In this document: positions 13,690 to 27,038 of the stretch, in pieces
Layout of the letters: each line of letters opens with the position of its first letter
Numbering within the stretch: the first letter of the stretch is position 1
NCBI GenBank assembly: GCA_951406725.2
Contig: OX597822.1
Span: forward strand, 93,682,001-93,746,000
Direction of reading: 5' to 3'
DNA length: 64,000 bases
From: Octopus vulgaris
Taxonomy: Eukaryota
Made by a program: the position numbers and the translations under genes
Notes under the pieces: generated by a model
The model's database searches: none
The model's input: the letters and a program-made list of their open reading frames with translations, nothing else
Told to the model about the DNA's origin: nothing

Positions 13690-14723
13690 TGGGAATATGT
13701 GGATTTGTATATTACATATCCACATACAGTCCCAGAAACAAAGAAGCCTTCACCATCATCACCCAGAGTTTATCAATGCTACATAAGGAACCCAAATTAA
13801 AGGAAATTTTAAACTTACATAAAATCATTAAAAGCTACAAACAACCTAAATCACTAAAAAAGATCCTCACAAAGGCAAAATTGTTTTCTGAAATAACGGA
13901 TGCAAAAGTTAAAAAATGTGGTAGACCAAACTGCGCAACATGCCCAAACCTTCTAGAAGGATCAGAATTCCTCTAAAGAGGGACAAAAATTCAAGATCAA
14001 ATCTAATTTTACTTGTGCTTCAGAAAACCTAATTTATGTCATAAGATACTCGGGTTGCCACCAAAACTACATAGGGTCCACGGGATTATCGCTCAGACGC
14101 AGATGCACTCTGCATCGATAGCAGATTGCATTCCCAGAATACAGAATGATACCCTTTAATGAACATATTGAGAAATGCGCAAAGCAACTATTACCACAAT
14201 TTATAATCTTTCCATTCTATCAATAGAAACATTCTTCATTGAAAAATATAAGCCAAAACTTAACCATTTCTAACGTTTTTAATCAAAGAAACTCATCTCA
14301 TTAAAAAAGATATGAAGCAAAACCTAACCACATTCTATTCCTTCTAAGCTAAATAATATTTATTTAGTCATACCCAACATGTTTGATTATCTCCCTTATA
14401 CCGGAAAAAATGTAGGTAAAGAAATTTGAGAAATTTGAAAAGAAAATACGAAACCGGTTATTTCTCCAAAACCTATGTTACTAAAAAGCATTCGTGAGGT
14501 AAAATCATGTAGCAACACCAAATGGCGGTGCCCCATCATGGCCACAGCTCAAGAGCTGAAACTGGAACACACAAACATAAACATAAACATACACAAAATT
14601 TTATAACATTAATCTAACATAACGACATAAATATATTCTTTAACCTTATAACACAAGCCTTCTGTAGTTTTTTCACTCTTTTTTATACATCCAACCACGT
14701 GCTTTCACACACCAACTCTCTCA

Positions 14724-14776
<53 letters not shown>

Positions 14777-14964
14777 ACATGTGATCTCTTGAGCACCACT
14801 TCTCGGGATCTTTCCTTCTCCTTGTTTCCGACGAAGAGCTCCGCTCGAAACGTTAAACCCTCCTTCCCTCCTTTCCTGGGCGTCAAATAATACTTTAATT
14901 GTTCCACGTCCTCGCGTTGCTGTATTTTTTTGTGTTTTTTTCTGTGTTTTCTTGTTTGGATTAA

Positions 14965-14970
<6 letters not shown>
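13690..14970 (+). mobile_element. Penelope-like element remnant (GIY-YIG endonuclease and terminal repeat)
   Basis: KKCGRPNCATCP...NFTCASENLIYVIRYSGCHQNYIGSTG..LRRRCTLH (LIY-YIG, with frameshifts); hammerhead-like motif at 14824-14858. Confidence 0.85.
14824..14858 (+). ncRNA. Minimal type-I hammerhead ribozyme-like motif (Penelope-associated)
   Basis: GUUU-CCGACGA-A-GAGC(UCC)GCUC-GAA-ACGU-U-AAAC: stem I GUUU/AAAC, stem II GAGC/GCUC, palindromic ACGU stem III, U4C core variant. Confidence 0.55.
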
Positions 14971-15032
<62 letters not shown>

Positions 15033-15212
15033 CACATATATATATATACATATATACATACACAATTGTTATGAGCTAATGCGTATAGAGGAAACTGTTT
15101 TTAGTAACGGTGTTGATTATTTATGGTTTAAGTTTCGGATTTAGAATATTTATAAAGTATTCTTTTGCCGTTCGTAGTCGATCATTTCCATTTTTTATTT
15201 TGTAAAGGGGAA

Positions 15213-15243
<31 letters not shown>

Positions 15244-15296
15244 TGTATGTATGTATGTATGTATGTATTATGTCTATCTGTCTATCTACCTGTCTG

Positions 15297-15362
<66 letters not shown>

Positions 15363-16317
15363 AATCTATTTATACGTGTGTGCACGCGCGTTTGTGGATG
15401 CATGTATATATACACGCTCACCCACATGTGTGTGTGTGTCTGTCTGTATGTAAGTATGTATGTATGTATGTATGTATGTATGTATGTATGTATGTATGTA
15501 TGAAATATAGAGTAATTATAGAAAAAAAATAATCTCTCTAAAAGTGAAATATTTATTATTTTTGTGAAGAGGTTGACAAGAAGTGAAGGGTATATACATG
15601 AGTGTATAATATATTTCTTGTGTCAATGGAGTTCTCCTAGAATCACTTCTCACAGTCAACCAATCGCGTTTAACTACTTCCCACTCGAAATTTACACGTT
15701 TGATTCGAGAGAGGAGATAAACATCAAAGAAAGATGCCCACTTTGAAGAAAGATGGGCTTCGAAATTGGTCTGACCGGCGGAAGCGGTTTGCTTAATAAA
15801 CATAATGAAATAGGTTTCTTCTGCGGTCACAGAAATCCTCCGACCTTCCGATATTACTGAGTGGGGGTCTAGCAACAATTATAACGGGGCAAGGAAGTCT
15901 TTGGTCCTTGCTTAACATTCCACGATGGCAATTTTCCCATTTGGCTTCCCTACTGTTGCGCTTGCAATATGTTAAATTTCCTGTCTCGCCAATCTACTTC
16001 TTTGATCCTTCTCCGCTTTTGGACCTCCTCTGTATTTTCCCCAAATATATATACGATCGCTCTTCCTTATCGGGGCTTTGATTCATCCCACCCACTTCTT
16101 CTTACCATTTGTATACTCTTCGGTTTTTTTTAGATACACTCAAGGCCTGGGCGAGTGAAACTTTGTTTTTCTCGCTCACAACACACGTCATTAACATCCC
16201 TTATAACTTTTTTATTCACCCACCACGCATAAACCATAGAAATGCTTCGCTACGGACATTGGAATCTATGTAATTTCTTCTTTTTCCTTGTAAATTACGT
16301 ATTCCACTAGACACCTT

Positions 16318-16323
16318 TGCTGC

Positions 16324-16357
<34 letters not shown>

Positions 16358-16364
16358 GCTGCTG

Positions 16365-16405
<41 letters not shown>

Positions 16406-16501
16406 GCTGCTGCTACTGCTGCTACTGCTGCTGCTGCTACTGCTACTACTGCGCTACTACTGCTGCTGCTACTACTGCTACTACTACTACTACTACTACT
16501 A

Positions 16502-16551
<50 letters not shown>

Positions 16552-16572
16552 ACTACTACTACTACTCTGCTA

Positions 16573-16611
<39 letters not shown>

Positions 16612-16659
16612 ACTGCTGCTGCTGCTGCTGCTACTACTACTACTACTACTACTACTACA

Positions 16660-16692
<33 letters not shown>

Positions 16693-16735
16693 ACTACTGC
16701 TGCTGCTGCTACTGCTGCTACTATCACTACTACTA

Positions 16736-16788
<53 letters not shown>

Positions 16789-16792
16789 ACTG

Positions 16793-16835
<43 letters not shown>
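16318..16835. repeat. (CTG)n/(CTA)n mosaic trinucleotide tract
   Basis: Direct reading. Confidence 0.97.
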
Positions 16836-17140
16836 CATCATCACCATTACCACGCCATCATCGCCTCCCCAACAGCACAAGCTGCTATGGCAATACCACT
16901 CTCGGTACTACCAGCAGCTACAATAGATAGAAATAGTTGCTAAATATCCCTCAAATGATATTCTATCGTGTTTAAAAATGGAATGAGGAGGTGGTTACTG
17001 CTGGAAATCCATTAATCAGGGTCCATCATGATCCGGACAAATCTAGAGTGGCAGAGAAGGCCATTACACATCAGCGTTCAGCATATTCTGGAAAGTCCCA
17101 TTATTAAAAATTAATATCAAAAATAAATATAAAAATGCAA

Positions 17141-17536
17141 GGATCTTTTCGGTTTGAACGGCAGTTTTTAACATAATTTCTAGGTAAATAAAAAATTTTA
17201 AACTTCGTATACTGGTAGAATGTGTTTATAAAACATCTTTTTCTCTTGGCTTTATTGAGAAAATTCTATAGTTTGTAAGATATTTGTTTGTTTTTTTCTT
17301 CAATTTCTACAAATTCAACCAATCACTGACGTCTATTGAGGTGAAAAACATTCTGTGCCGTATGAATATGTCCCTCGTTTAAGAAACAGATTGGGTTTAT
17401 TTACATTTATGAAGAAAAAAAGATACCTTTCGCCCCACAGATTGAAATGCAATAGATCGATACTAGGATCATAATTATGGGTGACAAATTCATATGACAC
17501 CGCTAGAAAAAACTGCCGTTCAAACTGAAAAGTTCC
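17141..17536. mobile_element. MITE family M, copy lacking the TAACCC tract
   Basis: Same TIRs; TSD AAATGCAA/GAATGCAA (7/8). Confidence 0.88.
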
Positions 17537-17844
17537 GAATGCAAAAATAGTAAGTAAGGAACAAGTAATTAATTGCATAATGTTAGAGGTAAATGGTGCT
17601 TGAAATAATGTCCTAGCTTTACCTTGAGATATGTCGGTGAAAGAGAAGTGAGAAATTATGGTAATTTGCCGTGTTGTCGTGTGGACTAGTGACAGCTGCT
17701 CACAAACATTTATCAAGTAAACAGGAATGACTAATTAAGTTTGCCCTAAAACATAATAAATCTACATTGGTCACATTTAGTAATATTTTAATCGACTATG
17801 AAACATAGTTGGAATAATTTACAGAAAGTGTACAGTAAGGTTAC

Positions 17845-17895
<51 letters not shown>

Positions 17896-18009
17896 GTTTA
17901 ATGAGTATAGCAGCAAACTAAAGTAGAAATAAAATATATATGCCGAGGAAAAACAATTAATAATCAATGATTTATTCCATTTTTTGCTTCTTTTTCTCAA
18001 GAAAATACG

Positions 18010-18988
18010 ACAGACAAAAGTTCGAATGCCGCCGAGATCGACATTGCCTTATAGGTCGATAATGACGTCGTAATGACGTAACGACGTCGATTTAATCGAC
18101 TTACTACCTTCTCCGAAATTGCTGGTCTTCTGTCAAAATTTGAAACCATTATTATTATTGTTAAGATGGTGAGCTGGGTAAAACACTTAGCAGCATTTCG
18201 TCCGTCTTTATGTTTTGGGTTCAAATTCCACTGAGGTTGACTTTGCCTTTCATCCTTTCGGAGTCGATGAAATAAGTAACAATTACACACTGAGGTCGAT
18301 GTAATCGACTAGCCTCCTCCCCCAAAATTTCAGGCCTTGTTCCTATAGTAGAAAAGGATTATTATTACTAGGGCTGCAAGCTGGCAGAAACATTAGCACG
18401 CCGGGCGAAATGCGTAGCCGTATTTCGTCTGCCGTTACGTTCTGAGTTCAAATTCCACCTAGGTCGACTTCGCCTTTCATCCTTTCGGAATTGATAAATT
18501 AAATACCAGTTACGCACTGGGGTCGTTGTAATTGACTTGATCCGTTTGTCTCTCCTTGTTTGTCCCTTCTATGTCCCTTGTTTGTCCCTTGTGGGTAGTA
18601 AAGAAATAGGTATTTCGTCTGCTGTTACGTTCTGAGTTCAAATTCCGCCGAGGTCGACTTTGTCTTTCATCCTTTCGGGGATGATAAATTAAATACCAGT
18701 TACGCACTGGGGTCGATGTAATCGACTTAATTCCTTTATCTGTCCTTGTTTGTCCCTTCTATTGCCCCTTGTGGGCAATAAAGAAATAAGAATCGTTAGC
18801 ACGCCAAGTAGAATGCTTAGTGGTATTTCGTCCGTCTTTACGTTCTGACTTCGTATTCCTTCGAGGTCGACTTTGTCTTTCATTCTTTCGGGGGTCAATA
18901 AATTAAGTACTAGTTGAGTACTGGAGCCGATGTAATCGAATTAGACCCTCCCCCGAAATTGCTGACCTTGTGCCAAAATTTGAAACCA
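18010..18988 (+). mobile_element. Cluster of head-to-tail SINE A copies
   Basis: Five partial or full units sharing the GTTCAAATTCC...CTTTCATCCTTTCG core. Confidence 0.9.
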
Positions 18989-19732
18989 TCTTGTTTTCAG
19001 GCGGACGGTAATAATTGAAATTAAATGAAGAAAGCAGGAAAACAAAACTTTAAAAATGTACAGAGATGAAAGATGGAAGATTAAATAAAAGGGGGTTAAA
19101 GTGAATGGGGAACTGTGTGGTCTGTGCAGGGTTCTCATCCAGGTCAGGACAACAATAGAGAGAGAAATCCTGGGGGATAAATATGATACTTGAGTTAATC
19201 TTTATGTCTGGACTATTTGGTTTAAGTAAATATGGACAAAAGTAAGAAAAAAAAGAGAAAGAAAGAAAATGCGTTTGCCAGTTTGAAGTCGACCGTTCGG
19301 TGACGTTTGTCACAATATAGCGTTAAGTAAAGGGGACAGACTGTTAAGAAGGAAGCCGATATAGACGACCCTGGCCCTCACCACGGAAACTTGTGAAGAA
19401 CTTAAGGTCAAGGGAATTGAAGAAATAAATAAACACTGATTCTCTTGCTACTGTTGCTACTAATACAGATGATGATGATCATGATAATTGTGGTGTTGGA
19501 AGTGGTGGTGTTGATGGTGGTAGCGGCGGCAGCAGCCCTGGTGCCGAAGATAAAAATAACGGCCGATTCCTCTAAATTAACACTATCATCGGACTCTCAT
19601 AACATTCACAATAAGCACAACAACAATGACTGCAACAACAATAAATGCAATTACAATAAAGAGGAATGGGGGGGGATAAGAAGGCAACGAGTGAAGAGGA
19701 AAAGACAGAGGGAGAGAGAGACGGAGAGAGAA

Positions 19733-19775
<43 letters not shown>

Positions 19776-20978
19776 GATAGAAAAAGAGAGAGAGAGGGGG
19801 AAGAGAGAGAGAGAGAAAGAAAGCAAGAAAGAAAGAAAGGAAGAAAGAAAGAATAAAAGAAAGAAAGAAAGAAAGAAGGGGAAGAGCAAATGAAAAGGAA
19901 GAAAGGAAAGAAAGAAAGAAGGGAAAAGAGCAGATGGAAAGAAAGAAAAGAAAAGAAAGAAAGAACGAAAGAAAGAAAGAAGGGAAGGAAAAGGAGAGGA
20001 AGGAAGAAAGTAAGAAAGGATGTAGAAAAGCGCGAAATGAATGTGGTTGTTTTGTCGAAGAGGGAGATGATGCTTGAAGGAGAGGGAAAAAAAATGGTTT
20101 GCAAAAGCGAAAGACAAAAGATCAAAAGAAACGACTGCGGGTCGGTGGAAAGAAGGGACTTATTTTCCTTCCTTTTTCAATTCTATTTAGGACAAGATCA
20201 AAGACCTGTATTTGTGTTCGGGGTATCCGTCCTTCTCTTTCCCCCACCCCCACCCCCACACCCCTACACACCGCCCAAATAGCTTCACCTTCGCCTCCGC
20301 CGACACCACCTTCCTTCGCCTCCGCCGACACCGCCTCCTCTTCGCCATTATTTAATTTGAGCCAGAAGCAACATTTGTTGATAGCTTTGCGCTTTTTAGA
20401 AGGATTTCAGGAGAAAGAAGGAAATTGTTTTCTTAACGATACGATATGTTTGTTTAGCACATTCCATTCTGTGTCTTTTCTACCTTGTTAGTTCCGATCA
20501 TTGGCCAGCACATTCCCCGATCGACCAGTAAAGCATAAAGGAGGTGGGGCTCGTGGTGGTATTGCAATTCTCAATGAGGAGGTCTAAATCTTGTTTTCTA
20601 GTTATCGTTGTTGATGTTGCTGCTTTTGTTTCTGTTAGTACTTCTATTTCTACCAGTAGTACTGCTATCTGTAAAAATACTTCTACTCCTACCAATTCTT
20701 TTATTCGGGACCGTCTTAGCAGCATCGCAGGACCCTGGGCAAATCAGTGTGTTGAGTCCTATAGTATTTACTTATAGCAAGGCAAATCATACATAGATCC
20801 GAACTGCGTCACATACCCGTGGGGGCACGTGGGTAACTGCCCTGTGTGCCCACGCCTTAAAACGGTACTACGGTTTATTTTTACCACACCTATTTCGACT
20901 AGTTCTACCAACATTTCTATTTTTACTAATATAATTCTTTTTCAACCAATTATGCTATTTCTACCAGTACTGCTACGG

Positions 20979-21409
20979 GGATCTTTTCGGTTTGAACGGC
21001 AGTTTTTAACATAATTTCTAGGTAACTAAAAAATTTTAAACTTCGTATACTGGTAGAATGTGTTTATAAAACATCTTTTTCTCTTGGCTTTATTGAGAAA
21101 ATTCTATAGTTTGTAAGATATTTGTTGTTATTTTTTCTTCAATTTCTACAATTTCAACCAATCAATGACGCCCATTGCGGTAAAAAAGACATTCTGTGCC
21201 GTATGAATATATCCCTCGTTTAAGAAACAGATTGGGTTTATTTACATTTGTGAAGAAAAAAAAAGATACCCTTCCCCCCCCCACCCCTAACCTTAATCCT
21301 AACCCTAAAACAGATTGAAATGCAATAGATCGATTCTAGGGTCATAATTATGGGTGACAATTTCATATGACACCGCTAGAAAAAACTGCCGTTCAAACCG
21401 AAAAGATCC
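20979..21409. mobile_element. MITE family M
   Basis: Full TIRs; TSD CTGCTACGG/CTGCTACTG (8/9). Confidence 0.9.
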
Positions 21410-21696
21410 CTGCTACTGTAACATATGCTTCTTTTCCCACTAATACTACTATTTCTACCAATTATGCCATTTCTACCAGTACTGCTTCTTTAACACATGG
21501 TTCTATTTCTACTAATACTACTATTTCTACCAATTCTTCTGTTTGCTCCAATATTGCTATTTCATCAAATTCTATTACCATTACTTTTATTTCTCCTAAT
21601 ACTGCTTTTCTACCAATTTTTCTGTTTTTACCAATACGTCTTTTTTTTACCCTATATCTTTACTAATGTTTCTATTTCTACCAATAATAATAATGA

Positions 21697-22050
21697 TGTT
21701 CGTCCGTCGTTGTCGACGATCACAAAGTTATCACCAAAGAAAAGAAAATGGTTCACGATGCGTCCGACTGTGGTCGATCAGGCTGATGCGTGCTCGGAAG
21801 GTCGAGTACTGGTGGTTTGCTGGGAATGTAGGCAAGGAGTTGGCTCTGGACTTGCGCAACTCACACTTTCTTTGTGCTCCTATGATCCTATTCTATTCGT
21901 AGGAAGTAGCACCTCTGTTGGTGCTGCTCCGTCAAGCAGAGCGGTCCCGTGCTTGCATTTTCCCTAGTGTCGGGGTTGGTCAGAAAGCATTTTAGTCAGG
22001 CTTTGAGTGTATCTTTGAAGTGCTCTTTCTGCCCACCACGTGTGCGCTTG
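21697..22050 (-). mobile_element. RTE (BovB-like) 3' fragment
   Basis: Minus strand reads GKRTRGGQKEHFKDTLKA*LKCF...FRARISLIDHSRTHR, followed by an (ATT)n tail. Confidence 0.8.
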
Positions 22051-22379
22051 CCTTCTGCCAATACTACTATTTCTACCAACACTGTTATTTCTTCTAATAT
22101 TATTTCTATCAATAGGCAGCGAGCTGGAAGAATCGTAAGTACCATTTCGTCCGTCTTTACATTCTGACTTCAAATGCCGCCTTGAGGTCGACTTTACCTT
22201 TCAACCTTTCGGGATCGATAAAATATGCACCAGTTAAACACAGGGGTCAGTGTAATTGAATGACCCACCACTTCCACAAAATTGCTGACCTTGTGCCAAA
22301 ATTTGAAACCAATCTGATACTCCATAGGTTACGACTTTGAGGATTCCAGCTGATCCGGTCAACTTTCTCGTGAAATTGG

Positions 22380-23010
22380 ATGGAAGCACTCCGTTGGTTA
22401 CGACAATGAGGGTTCCGGTTGATCCGAATCAACGGAACAGCCTGCTCGTGAAATTAACGTGTAAGTGGCTGAGCACTCCACAGACACGTGCACCCTTAAC
22501 GTAGTTCTCGGGGATATTCAGCGTGACACAGAGAGTGACAAGGCCGGCCCCTTGAAATACAGGTACAACAGAAACACGAAGTAAGAGTGAGAGAAAAGTT
22601 GTGGTGAAAGAGTACAGCAGGGATCACCACCATCCCCTGCCGGAGCCTCGTGGAGCTTTTAGGTGTTTTCGCTCAATAAGCACTCACAACGCCCGGTCTG
22701 GGAATCGAAACCGCGATCCTATGACCGCGAGTCCGCTGCCCTAACCACTGGGCCATTGCGCCTCCACATCTCGTGAAATTAACGTGCAAGTGGCTGAGCA
22801 CTACACAGGCACATGTACCCTTAACGTAGTTCTCAGGGAGATTCAACGGGATACAGAATGTGACAAGGCTGGTCCCTTGAAATACAGGTACAACTCATTT
22901 TTGCCAGTTGAGTGGACTGGAGCAATGTGAAATAAAGTGTCTTGCACAAGGACACAACTTGTCGCCGGGAATTGAACTCACCTTTCGATCGTGAGCAGAA
23001 TACCAAAATG
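22380..23010 (-). mobile_element. SINE C2 nested in a SINE C1 remnant
   Basis: TCTCGTGAAATT duplicated on both sides of the C2 copy. Confidence 0.8.
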
Positions 23011-23424
23011 CCACGTGCCTTCTCGAGACCAATATTATTTCTACCAATACTTCTATTTCTACCAATTCTTGTATTTCTACCAAGTCTCCTATTTCTGCCA
23101 ATATTTTTTTTACCTACAATTGCATCTCAGTTAATCGTTATTTTATTTCTATCTATCTTTTCTGTGGTTTCTTCCAGTTTCCTGTTTTTCTTTGGTCGTT
23201 TTTCGTCCAATGTTTCTCTGAAGGGCAAAGGGAATTCAACGGAGTCGCCCTTCCTGCTGAAAGTAGCAATCAAATCAATTTAAAACAAATATTTATAGTC
23301 CCAAAGGGAAAAAATAATTATTGTGCAAATCAGTCTGAAATAATGCGTTGTGTTTGTCATCTTCCGAAATTAAAGCATGGATGGATGGATGGATGGATGG
23401 GGACGGACGGACGGACAGACAGAC

Positions 23425-23481
<57 letters not shown>

Positions 23482-23518
23482 CAGATAGATAAATACATAG
23501 ATAGACAGACAGACAGAC

Positions 23519-23591
<73 letters not shown>

Positions 23592-23592
<1 letters not shown>

Positions 23593-23777
23593 CGTAGCCG
23601 TATTTCGTCTGCCGTTACGTTCTGAGTTCAAATTCCGCCGAGGTCAACTTTGCCTTTCATCCTTTCGGGATCGATAAATTAAGTACCAGTTACGCACTGG
23701 AGTCGATATAATCGATTTAATCCGTTTGTTCTTGTTTGTCCCCTCTGTGTTTAGCCCCTTGTGAGTAGTAAAGAAAT
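23592..23777 (+). mobile_element. 5'-truncated SINE A after (GATA)n
   Basis: Core and long tail. Confidence 0.85.
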
Positions 23778-24164
23778 TTATATAAGTACGCATTTAAATG
23801 TGTGTGTGTGTGTGTGTGTGTGTCTATTCATGTATAATGAATGAGCGAGTTTATGTAAACATAACAAAAACATACTCTTTGAGGGACGAAACGGTCTAAA
23901 ATTTTATTGAAGCTACATCAAAACTACACGACATGGAATTTCATATTTTAATACACCAGGCAGAAGGGAAGAAAAGCACAGAGATTCTTTGCAGTCACAA
24001 AATATTAAAGAAATGTGTGTTTTTTTATTGGCAGTAGGTTTGTTTTGTAAAATAAAGCATTATTTGATTGGTTATAATTAATTTGAAAGGGTTGGTAAGT
24101 CGTGAGATTTTGAGTTCAGTGTGTAAGACACCGACTGAGATTTGAACCATAGCTCTCAGAATAC

Positions 24165-24326
24165 CCCGCAGGAGTGGCTGTGTGGTAAGTAGCTTGCTAA
24201 CCAACCACATGGTTCCGGGTTCAGTCCCACTGCGTGACGTCTTGGGCAAGTGTCTTCTGCTATAGCCCCGGGCCGACCAATGCCTTGTGAGTGGATTTGG
24301 TAGACGGAAACTGAAAGAAGCCTGTC

Positions 24327-24386
<60 letters not shown>

Positions 24387-24612
24387 GTGTATGTATGTAT
24401 GTGTATGTGTTTGTGTGCCTGTGTTTGTCCCCCTAGCATTGCTTGACAACCAATGCTGGTGTGTTTATGTCCCCGTTACTTAGCGGTTCGGCAAAACAGA
24501 CCGATAGAATAAGTACTTGGCTTACAAAAGAATAAGTCCCGGGGTCGAGTTGCTCGATTAAAGGCGGTGCTCCAGCATGGTCGCAGTCAAATGACTGAAA
24601 CAAGTAAAAGAG
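24165..24612 (+). mobile_element. tRNA-derived SINE family B with internal (TA)n
   Basis: GCAGGAGTGGCTGTGTGGTAAG head, GGTTCAGTCCC, CTTGGGCAAGTG, tail GAAACAAGTAAAAGAGTA; copies at 49810-50240 and 57635-58040. Confidence 0.88.
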
Positions 24613-25450
24613 TATAGAACTATGAACTCATTTATTTCCATAAAAGGAAAAGGGCCGCCACAAAAGGAATTAACATCTATGTGAATATGGCCTGACCAAT
24701 CAGCACTGGTTGACTTGTTATGGCCGAAGCGGCAAAACTTCAAAAGAAATAAGTGCATTTTCCCGTCAAACAGTCTGGCCAAAGATTCTAGAAAGATGAT
24801 TGACTGCTATAAAAAAGCTAGCAAATTCAGCTTAACTAGAGATCTCGCTAAGCTATCAACAATAATCAATGTTTTATACCTCAACGTGCTGTTCTCGCTC
24901 CTCGGCTTTCACTTTTAAGTAATCGACAAAAGGAACTAAACCTTTACTTGTGTCCAGAAGCACATTAATTATAAGCAATGATTAAATTTCCTTGTGCTGT
25001 CCTCATCATAATATCTAGCAAGTTATACGCAGAAGTTTCCAAACTGTTTTGTTCTTGGAACCTTGTATCATTTATTAGATGTACATTTGTAAATATAACA
25101 ATGCAGATTAATGAAATATTTAGAAACTCTTTAGTATGGTCACACAACCTTCTTGACTTGTGAACAGCCTAAGAATATATAACAACCACACTAAAAGTGG
25201 TGTGTAATGCAGCGGGAGACTGGAAGTGTGGAAAGAAAGAGGTATGGGTGGATGGGGGACAAGTGCAAAGGGTGGTGTGTTGAATTTGTAGTGGTGTATA
25301 TAGGGCTTAACGTTTATGGGTTAAGGTGGGGAGTAACTCTCAGAGTTAATTTACCTAGAGGAATATAGACTTAGTGTAAATAGGCCAATATATAAATAAA
25401 TATATTTTGTGGCTACCAACAGATTTCTACGTCTTTTCACTACACACACA

Positions 25451-25505
<55 letters not shown>

Positions 25506-25649
25506 GCATGTGTAGTGTGTGTATGTATGAATGTATATACATATGTGTGTGATAAAGTATATTTATATTATATATATATATGATTATGTATGCGTGTATG
25601 TATCACTGTACGTAGGGTGGATGAATGGATAGAAGTATTATATACGTGC

Positions 25650-25700
<51 letters not shown>

Positions 25701-25705
25701 CGCGC

Positions 25706-25741
<36 letters not shown>

Positions 25742-26398
25742 CACACACACACACACACATATATATACATACACACACAATCACATATACACGCACATAT
25801 ACATATTACGAAACAACAATTGTTTATTTATATACCCTAGTTTGAAACTAGGCAAATATTTGCTCAGAAGCTTCCAGTCACATCATATTGTGTCTATTTA
25901 TTTTCTTTTATCTTTTATCTTATTTATTGTGATTTCTTAATGTAGTGTTTAGTTGTTTGTTGTTATGACTTGAAACTATCGGTGTTTCAAAAGTGTTTTA
26001 TTCTTCAATGACAGAATCAAAAATGTTTTCTGCTGTGATTTCTTGCCTTTGTGTTTTGTCATGGGGTGCATGCAGAACAGTTGAGAATCCAAGCAATAAT
26101 GTATCTATTCATTCTTAATACATTCTGGCAAATTTGAACCTAACTATCTAATCGCTGTCTTGTCTTCGTCATCGGAGAATGCTTCTTCCTTTGAGACGAT
26201 ATGTGTTTGTAACGCTCGCATTTCACTGGTTCCCAGGTGTAAGAGGACTCAGAGACACCGTGGTGTTCTGACCTTGTTTGCTAACTCCAATAAACAAGAT
26301 ATAGTGCTCTCGTCAAGATTCATCATCCAGAGGAGTAGCTTTGACTGAGGAGTAAAACGAGGTCGAAACACTGCGTTTCCCAAAGTTCCCTTATACCT

Positions 26399-26617
26399 AT
26401 TTCTTTACTACCCACAAGGGGCTAAACACAGAGGACAAACAAACGGATTAAGTCGATTACATCGACCCAGTGCGTAACTTGTACTTAATTTATCGACCCC
26501 GAAAGGATGAAAGGCAAAGTCGACCTCGGCGGAATTTGAACTCAGAACGCAGCGGCGGACGAAATACCACAAAGCATTTCGCCCGGCGTGCTAACGTTTC
26601 TGCCAGCTCGCCGCCTT
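26399..26617 (-). mobile_element. SINE A
   Basis: Full reverse-complement copy. Confidence 0.9.
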
Positions 26618-26697
26618 CCCTTATACCTTCCTTTATAAGTTCCCTTATACCGTTGAATTGGTGAATTGCATGCGATATGAATATGCATCGTCTAAAG

Positions 26698-27038
26698 CAG
26701 GGTTCTCAACCATTTTTTGTCTATGGACCCCTTTAACTACTATTCTATTCTGGGGGACCTTCATAGCCATTCAATGTTTAAAAACTAGTTTTATAGAAAC
26801 TTATTTCAAATTTCGTTTTTCACACATTAACTTGTGTAGATTGTACTTAGTAAAATGTTAGAGAAAGAAATCTCGCTGTTTCTTGCAATACATACCAATA
26901 CATACATGTAAAGCAAAATTTCTTCAGAGGCTCTTAAAATACTCTTGTGGATCCCCGATTTACAATTTTGTTTCGTGGACTTCCAAAAATTTTATTTGCA
27001 CCCTCAGGGGCCATATGGATCCTGGTTGAAAACCACTG
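26698..27038. mobile_element. hAT (Charlie-like) MITE
   Basis: CAGGGTTCTCAACC...GGTTGAAAACCACTG TIRs; exact 8-bp TSD GTCTAAAG; related copies at ~27716-27945 and 58579-59662. Confidence 0.85.

Larger units (their letters stand above)
20630..23120. repeat. Degenerate 18-bp minisatellite (consensus ~TATTTCTACCAATACTAC) fragmented by TE insertions
   Basis: Units at ~20630-20700, 20880-20975, 21411-21690, 22055-22115 and 23030-23120. Confidence 0.7.

Noticed and set aside
15516-16310. Host exon on the minus strand
   Set aside because: No recognisable domain or convincing splice sites; stops interrupt the frames I read. It is probably an unclassified TE remnant.
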